A stretch of DNA of 32,000 bases from Promethearchaeia archaeon (lineage in GTDB: Archaea; Asgardarchaeota; Lokiarchaeia; Sigyniarchaeales; SOKP01). The stretch is from the NCBI GenBank assembly GCA_046497275.1, contig JAWOFX010000175.1, positions 1,993 to 33,992 on the forward strand, in the 5' to 3' direction. The translations under genes were made by a program, and so were the position numbers. Positions 26,632-32,000 of the stretch are shown piece after piece (the stretch's first letter is position 1; each line of letters opens with the position of its first letter). Under the pieces are notes generated by a model. That model did no database searches. It saw only the letters and a program-made list of their open reading frames with translations, and was not told the origin of the DNA.

Positions 26632-27795
26632 TTGGTATATTCAAAAAAACTTGCTTATCTCATTCTAAGCACAGTTCTGGTTTTTAATATCATTGGTATG
26701 GCAATTTATTCTTACATTGGACGATATCTTTTAATTTTAGGGACGGCAAAAATTGTAATACAAATCATTGTCACATTACTTCCGTTCTCATCTTTTATTT
26801 TTCCTCCTATTTTTGGCAAATTATCAGATAAATTTCAAAATCGTAGATTATTCATATTAATCGGCGCTTTAAGTTTACCAATAATATTTGTTTTATTTTT
26901 ATTTATTACAAATTTGATTTTAATTATTATTTTGGTCTTATTATACGGAATATGTAGCTCTCTGATAGGATTGAATTTTATTTTATATCAAGAAGTCGTC
27001 TTTAATGATCAAAAATATATTTCATACTATAATTCGATGATAGTTTTAGGCTGGTTTTTTGGGGCTCAGCTATGTGGAATCTTTATTGATATGTTTGGGA
27101 TTAATAATTTATTTCTTTTTCTTCTTATTTTTTCATTTTTGGAATTAGCATTAACATTATTACTCAAGGAGGAAAGAGAACTTATTCTAAAAGGCTTTGA
27201 CAAATATCACACAAAATATAATCTAAAACTTTTTGACCAAGAAATAGAACTTTCAATCAGTAGATCTATATATTATGCTTTATTCTTTCGAAATTTCGGT
27301 ATTAGACCGATAATGTCTATTCTTACGATTATTATGGCATTTCATTTATCAACAGATTTAGAAATTGGATTTTTAGTGGGTTTTAATCCATTGATCCAAT
27401 TCTTTTTGATGATTTTAATGGGAAAAATAATTTCAAAAAAGAATGAAAAATCTTTCATGGTTATTGGATATTTATTGAGCGGGGTAGTTATTTTAGGATA
27501 TATTCTTTCTTTTAATTTTTTTCATTATTTAATTTTTCAAATTCTTGTTTCTTTTAGTTATTCAATGTTTTGGTCAGCTACACATTTCTATATCGCCCAA
27601 AATACTACACCAGAAAACAAGGGACAATTTGTTAGTCTTGCTAATTCAAGTTTTTACCTAGGCAGTTTTATAGGAGGATTATTTTTTAGTGGTGTTTTAG
27701 CAATTTTTCCGGATTATTCTATCGCAATGATTCCGCTAATAATATTCCCAATAATTTCTGCTTTAATAATCAGTATAAGATTTAAGAATATTTAA
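26632..27795 (+). CDS. MFS transporter
   Basis: About 12 hydrophobic segments, motif A in FGKLSDKFQNRR, and PENKGQ in the C-terminal half. TTG start 16 nt after the glgA stop. Confidence 0.85.
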   Translation: MVYSKKLAYLILSTVLVFNIIGMAIYSYIGRYLLILGTAKIVIQIIVTLLPFSSFIFPPIFGKLSDKFQNRRLFILIGALSLPIIFVLFLFITNLILIIILVLLYGICSSLIGLNFILYQEVVFNDQKYISYYNSMIVLGWFFGAQLCGIFIDMFGINNLFLFLLIFSFLELALTLLLKEERELILKGFDKYHTKYNLKLFDQEIELSISRSIYYALFFRNFGIRPIMSILTIIMAFHLSTDLEIGFLVGFNPLIQFFLMILMGKIISKKNEKSFMVIGYLLSGVVILGYILSFNFFHYLIFQILVSFSYSMFWSATHFYIAQNTTPENKGQFVSLANSSFYLGSFIGGLFFSGVLAIFPDYSIAMIPLIIFPIISALIISIRFKNI

Positions 27796-27808
27796 AAATT
27801 TGAATATT

Positions 27809-27829
27809 AAAAAAAGAGAAAAAAGAGAA
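27809..27829 (-). terminator. Oligo(T) terminator candidate after the enoyl-CoA hydratase gene
   Basis: The plus-strand A-rich tract AAAAAAAGAGAAAAAAGAGAA reads as a pyrimidine/T tract on the minus strand just past the stop. Confidence 0.4.
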
Positions 27830-27841
27830 TTGATAAAGTTT

Positions 27842-28666
27842 TTATTTCCATTTCCATGTGGGCTTTTTCTTCATCATTCTACTTAGTGCTCCCGCAGTTG
27901 CATCTTTAGTTTGGAGCAATTGCGAGCTTACTAAGGTTTCAAGCTCTAAACCTAAAGCTATATCCTTTCCATAACAATCATCGATTAATTTCTTTGCAAG
28001 ACCGACCGCGAGTGGACCACTATCAACAAGTTCCTCAATATAATCATTTATAATGGAATCTAAATCATTAATGTCTTTCGCGACACGATTCACGACTCCT
28101 AAACGATATGCTTCATTCCCATCGAATCGTCTTCCCGTAAGAATAATATCCTTAGCGCTCTGAATGCCGCAAATTCTAACTGTTCGAATTGTACCACCCA
28201 CATCTGGATTCATTCCAATCTTTGTTTCAAGCATGCTAAAGAGTGCTGATTCAGTGCAGAATCTAAAATCACAGGCCATTGATAGTTCAAATGCCATACC
28301 AAAACAAACACCATTAATTCGAGCAATTACAGGTTTTTCCATCTTTTCTATTTTGGTAAAAATGGGATGTATCCAGGTATTTGCAAAATAGCGAAAGTTT
28401 CTTGGAATTTTTAAATCTGGTAATACTCCTTCGGGGGCATTGCCACTGCCAGTGAGAAAGTTTAAATCAATACCAGAACTAAAAAGATCATCTCCCCCAG
28501 TAATAATAACTACTCGAGCTTTTGTTCTTTCAACTTTATCAATAGCATCTTTTAAACCTTGCATGATTTCATAATTCATCGCATTCTTCTTATCCAAACG
28601 ATTCAATTTAATCGTTGTAACAGTTTTTTGTTCATTTTCTTCGATAATTATAGCTTCATTACTCAA
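27842..28666 (-). CDS. Enoyl-CoA hydratase/isomerase (crotonase) family protein
   Basis: LNRLDKKNAMN, FSSGIDL, GVCFGMAFELSMACDFR and LETKIGMNPDVGG; both crotonase catalytic Glu positions appear present. TTG start. Confidence 0.9.
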   Translation of the reverse strand: MSNEAIIIEENEQKTVTTIKLNRLDKKNAMNYEIMQGLKDAIDKVERTKARVVIITGGDDLFSSGIDLNFLTGSGNAPEGVLPDLKIPRNFRYFANTWIHPIFTKIEKMEKPVIARINGVCFGMAFELSMACDFRFCTESALFSMLETKIGMNPDVGGTIRTVRICGIQSAKDIILTGRRFDGNEAYRLGVVNRVAKDINDLDSIINDYIEELVDSGPLAVGLAKKLIDDCYGKDIALGLELETLVSSQLLQTKDATAGALSRMMKKKPTWKWK

Positions 28667-28801
28667 AAAGGTTCACATCTGTTCTTATTTTAATTTTTAT
28701 TATATTATTAAATAATGATTTAAACAAAAAGTTATATTAATATTTACACTTTTAAGGTAAAAATTAGGCGTTCGAGGAATCTGTTGATTAATTAGATGTC
28801 T

Positions 28802-30790
28802 TTATTTATACCAAAAAGGATATAAATTTTGAATTATCGCATTTTTTTTATCAGGGATGATCTCAACTGATTTTTTTATCCAATCGGAAATCCATTGATA
28901 TTTTTGTTTGAATCGAGAGTCCATGAAAATTATAGATCCTTTATCTGTAAGTTTTCGTATCGGTCTTCCTGACGCTTGATTAGCTCTCTGCATTGCAGGG
29001 TAAAGATAAGCGAAATTCCATCCTTGCTTGTCAAATACTTTATCATAATAAGATATTTTCGCATTAATTCGAGGTGTGGGAAGGTGATATGGAACTCCTA
29101 CAATTATAACTCCATTCATAGTTTCTCCCGGATAATCTTCTCCTTCTGAATTCCTTCCTCCACAAACTCCCAAAAGTACACCTCCTTTATCTTGAGATTT
29201 TGACATCGATTTAAAATCTTCGATCATTAGTGAGTTTTCAGAAGCAGAAAATCCGGGTTCTTCAAAAAATAGTTTTTTATTATTGTGTTTAACAATATCC
29301 ATTACATTATTGTCGAGAAGTGCATTTAATACTTTATATGATGCACAAAAAATTCCTACGTTTGCTGGAGTACAATAAAGGACCTCATCGATTTTTTCTA
29401 TAATTTTTTTATACATTGAAGTAGTTCTATTTTCTCTTCTTGTATCTATTCCCTCTGTTATCAGTACTTTAATATTCTTTTTCAAAAAGGGAGATTTAGC
29501 AATAATTGCTTTATACGATTTCCCACTTTGGTTTAATCCTAATAAATTATTATATACATAAGGATTGACCGTTCCAGAAAGATGAAGACTAGCATAACAA
29601 GACTTTAATATAGGAATTGAAATTTCTCTTGGATCTAATGCTATAATTTCCAAAGAAATGTTTCTCTTTTCATTTTTACTCGAAATATTATAGGAAAAGA
29701 AATAACTTTCCAGAGGTTGTGATTCGATCCACTTATACCAAAAATCTGCCAAACTCCCCAAATAATCTCTGGAAATCTCTCCATTTGATACTCTCTCTTC
29801 GTGAATGGAAGTGCTCAAATCGTATAAATCCGTTAAAAAATTTTTAAATTCTGCCACATCATTTAATCCCATTTTGATAATAATTTCATTGAGTAATTTT
29901 TGAGGATTAATTGCTTTTTCATTTACACTTAAAGATTTTTTTTTTTTATCTAAATGAGTGAGTAGAATATTAACAAATCTCTGCATTATTGAACGAGCCC
30001 TATATAACTCCAAGTCGCGAAGACATAATCTTAATGAATAGGGGGAAATCCTAGATGAATTGATTTCAGTGGCAACATCAATCACATTATGGCATTCATC
30101 AATTACTAAAATACAATCTTTTAGTTCTTTACCTATAAATTTTAGGAAAGATTGTCGTATAAATGGATTGAAAATCCACTGATAATTAGAAATCACGACT
30201 CTCATATCTTGGAGAAGAAATTTACTTAAGAAATAGGGACATAATTTTTTCTCCTTACAAATATCAATAAGAACATCAGCATCAAACGGGATACTAAATT
30301 TTTCCGGTGAGATGAGAATAGGTTTATCGACTTTGTCTTTCTTATTAAGAAGATTTAAAAAATGTATACAGTTTTTATTTTTCCTCAAATCGTTACATAC
30401 TGACATAGATTCCCTGGGATCGGCTTTAAGGGATAGAAGGGTCTCGTTTAAGCACATTTCATTTCTCCCCCTAATCGATAAGCCATTAATTTTCAAAGAA
30501 CTGTTTTTTTGTGATAAAAAATCTGAGATTTTAATTAATTCCTTTATAACTCTTGTATTTTGAGAGTGTGTGCGGCAGAGATATAAGATTTTCAAATCAT
30601 TCTCAATAGCAACAGATAAGAGTGCACTTAAGGCGATAACCGTTTTTCCAGTTCCATTTGGAGCAAGTAATAAGATATTCTTTTTTTTTCGGATACTATT
30701 TTCTATCTGCTTTATTATGTGTTCTTGAGAAATTCTGAACTCATCATAAGGAAAAAATTGAGGATATTGTATATTTCTCCACCAAGTAAT
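28802..30790 (-). CDS. xpd: XPD/Rad3-family 4Fe-4S SF2 DNA helicase (about 662 aa; proposed ATT start, ORF track starts at TTG 30595)
   Basis: Q-motif region FFPYDEFRISQ and Walker A APNGTGKT lie upstream of the tracked ORF, in frame. Also CRTHSQ, four FeS cysteines, IDECHN, SGTV, GRNSEGEDY and QASGRPIR. Confidence 0.92.
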   Translation of the reverse strand: MTWWRNIQYPQFFPYDEFRISQEHIIKQIENSIRKKKNILLLAPNGTGKTVIALSALLSVAIENDLKILYLCRTHSQNTRVIKELIKISDFLSQKNSSLKINGLSIRGRNEMCLNETLLSLKADPRESMSVCNDLRKNKNCIHFLNLLNKKDKVDKPILISPEKFSIPFDADVLIDICKEKKLCPYFLSKFLLQDMRVVISNYQWIFNPFIRQSFLKFIGKELKDCILVIDECHNVIDVATEINSSRISPYSLRLCLRDLELYRARSIMQRFVNILLTHLDKKKKSLSVNEKAINPQKLLNEIIIKMGLNDVAEFKNFLTDLYDLSTSIHEERVSNGEISRDYLGSLADFWYKWIESQPLESYFFSYNISSKNEKRNISLEIIALDPREISIPILKSCYASLHLSGTVNPYVYNNLLGLNQSGKSYKAIIAKSPFLKKNIKVLITEGIDTRRENRTTSMYKKIIEKIDEVLYCTPANVGIFCASYKVLNALLDNNVMDIVKHNNKKLFFEEPGFSASENSLMIEDFKSMSKSQDKGGVLLGVCGGRNSEGEDYPGETMNGVIIVGVPYHLPTPRINAKISYYDKVFDKQGWNFAYLYPAMQRANQASGRPIRKLTDKGSIIFMDSRFKQKYQWISDWIKKSVEIIPDKKNAIIQNLYPFWYK

Positions 30791-30960
30791 CTATATTAAT
30801 CTTAGAATAATATATACTTTATAATTCTCAAAGTGTTTAAAATTTATTTATTAATCTTGTTTACGAGATTTTTAAATTTTTTTAGATTATTTGATAATTA
30901 AAAATATTTTTATTTTATATGAATCAATTAGAAGTATAACTAAACAATGGTTATTAGAAT

Positions 30961-31848
30961 ATGAGTGATGAAGTAGAAGATGATGAATATTTATCAATTA
31001 GAGAACTATTTTCAGAAAGATTATTAAGAGATTTAATCCTATTCCTGAGCTTAGTTGTATTCATTATATCACAAGAATGGGAGAATATTTTACTTTTATT
31101 ATTTCCATTAATTTCATTCTCATATTCCATATTTTTTAGACTGCTGGATGAGAATAAATGGCGAACTAAATTTCATAATAGTCCAATAGTATATAATCCA
31201 TTGGGATCAGAACGCAAGCATGCAAACCGATTTATATTTTCGGCACTTTTGCTTTCTATTATTCTTTTTTGGTTCGGAGCAGAATCAATTTATCATCCTC
31301 AGTTAATTGACAATTATAGCCTCTTTTTCTTGATATTGTTTTTTTTCATCTACACTTTTACATATTTTTGGATATTTATTGATCTATGGAAATATTGTAG
31401 GATTAAAATTGAAGTTAAAAAAGAAATTGGACCAGAAATTAAAAATATTGAACATTATAGCCAATTATTCCAAGTTTTAAGAGTGAACGTTTTCAAAAGA
31501 ATAATTTATATTAGTCTTTTTAGCTTTCTCGCATTGAATGTATTAAATTTGCTACTCATTTTATTTTTATATAATGGAATTATGCCCGGATTTAATATTC
31601 CTTTACCAGGAACGGGTTTAGAAGGTTCAGAACCTCTTAGATTGCACTTTTTTGTATATATTCTTTTAATTATACCCCCTATAATTAGCTTTTTATTGCT
31701 TCTGATGGCATATAAAGATATTAATAAAATTGAAATTGATAAATTGGAGGAAGTTATTAATAGAATTCCCGAGAAATTACGTTTAATCCTTTTGGAACAA
31801 ATAAAAATACTTAACAATAAGTTAATACAAGATTTGGATATAGAATAA
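30961..31848 (+). CDS. Hypothetical polytopic membrane protein
   Basis: 295-aa ATG ORF divergent from xpd with about 6 hydrophobic segments and charged termini. No family recognised. Confidence 0.65.
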   Translation: MSDEVEDDEYLSIRELFSERLLRDLILFLSLVVFIISQEWENILLLLFPLISFSYSIFFRLLDENKWRTKFHNSPIVYNPLGSERKHANRFIFSALLLSIILFWFGAESIYHPQLIDNYSLFFLILFFFIYTFTYFWIFIDLWKYCRIKIEVKKEIGPEIKNIEHYSQLFQVLRVNVFKRIIYISLFSFLALNVLNLLLILFLYNGIMPGFNIPLPGTGLEGSEPLRLHFFVYILLIIPPIISFLLLLMAYKDINKIEIDKLEEVINRIPEKLRLILLEQIKILNNKLIQDLDIE

Positions 31849-32000
31849 AATTATTTACTAACCTTATTATAAATAGTGATGGAGATAATTTTGGTGTTTT
31901 TAGACATAAAGCTAAAAAAATTTTTATAATACTTATTATATAAATAGGTTAATGTTAAAAAGCAAAAATAAGTGAATTCCTCTAATATGAAAAATCAGGA

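Noticed and set aside
546-31817. Short antisense or alternative-frame ORFs in the track (e.g. 546-773, 9163-9621, 9652-9933, 10726-11154, 18329-18646, 31506-31817)
   Set aside because: All lie within well-supported genes on the other strand or frame and show no motifs. They are shadow ORFs.
1-32000. CRISPR arrays, tRNA/rRNA, IS elements, integrases, and Sec/Pyl readthrough
   Set aside because: I saw no regularly spaced repeats, GC-rich structured RNA blocks, transposase motifs, or domains continuing past a TGA/TAG. This was by eye only; tRNAscan, Infernal and CRISPR finders were not run.

Overview
AT-rich, gene-dense archaeal window with 22 complete CDSs and one probable partial CDS at the left edge. 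I found no rRNA, tRNA, CRISPR array or mobile element. The gene content suggests an Asgard archaeon, probably Lokiarchaeia (inference): a Snf7/ESCRT-III protein of the Vps20/32/60 class, eL33/L35Ae, FeS-type XPD, tungsten-type AOR, and GGTGA/GTGA ribosome-binding sites. Three things stand out. (1) Two genes from the ESCRT-III gene lies a 717-aa minus-strand protein with an apparently mosaic ESCRT-adaptor architecture: a multi-CxxC FYVE/B-box-like finger, coiled coil, PH-like fold, N/Q/P/Y-rich prion-like region, and a C-terminal hairpin that aligns by eye without gaps to the ESCRT-I steadiness box. (2) Two conserved genes (Snf7 and XPD) have essential-looking N-termini upstream of any in-frame ATG/GTG/TTG and directly behind an in-frame stop, implying ATC and ATT initiation. 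(3) A catabolic block of about 15.5 kb (9123-24625) holds a split UxaA dehydratase, ArsR regulator, AOR, class III aminotransferase, TPP enzyme, D-aminoacylase, Zn dehydrogenase, GPH transporter, RidA, a D-threonine aldolase/DSD1-like enzyme and L-threonine aldolase. All family calls come from motif recognition by eye; no database search was run.
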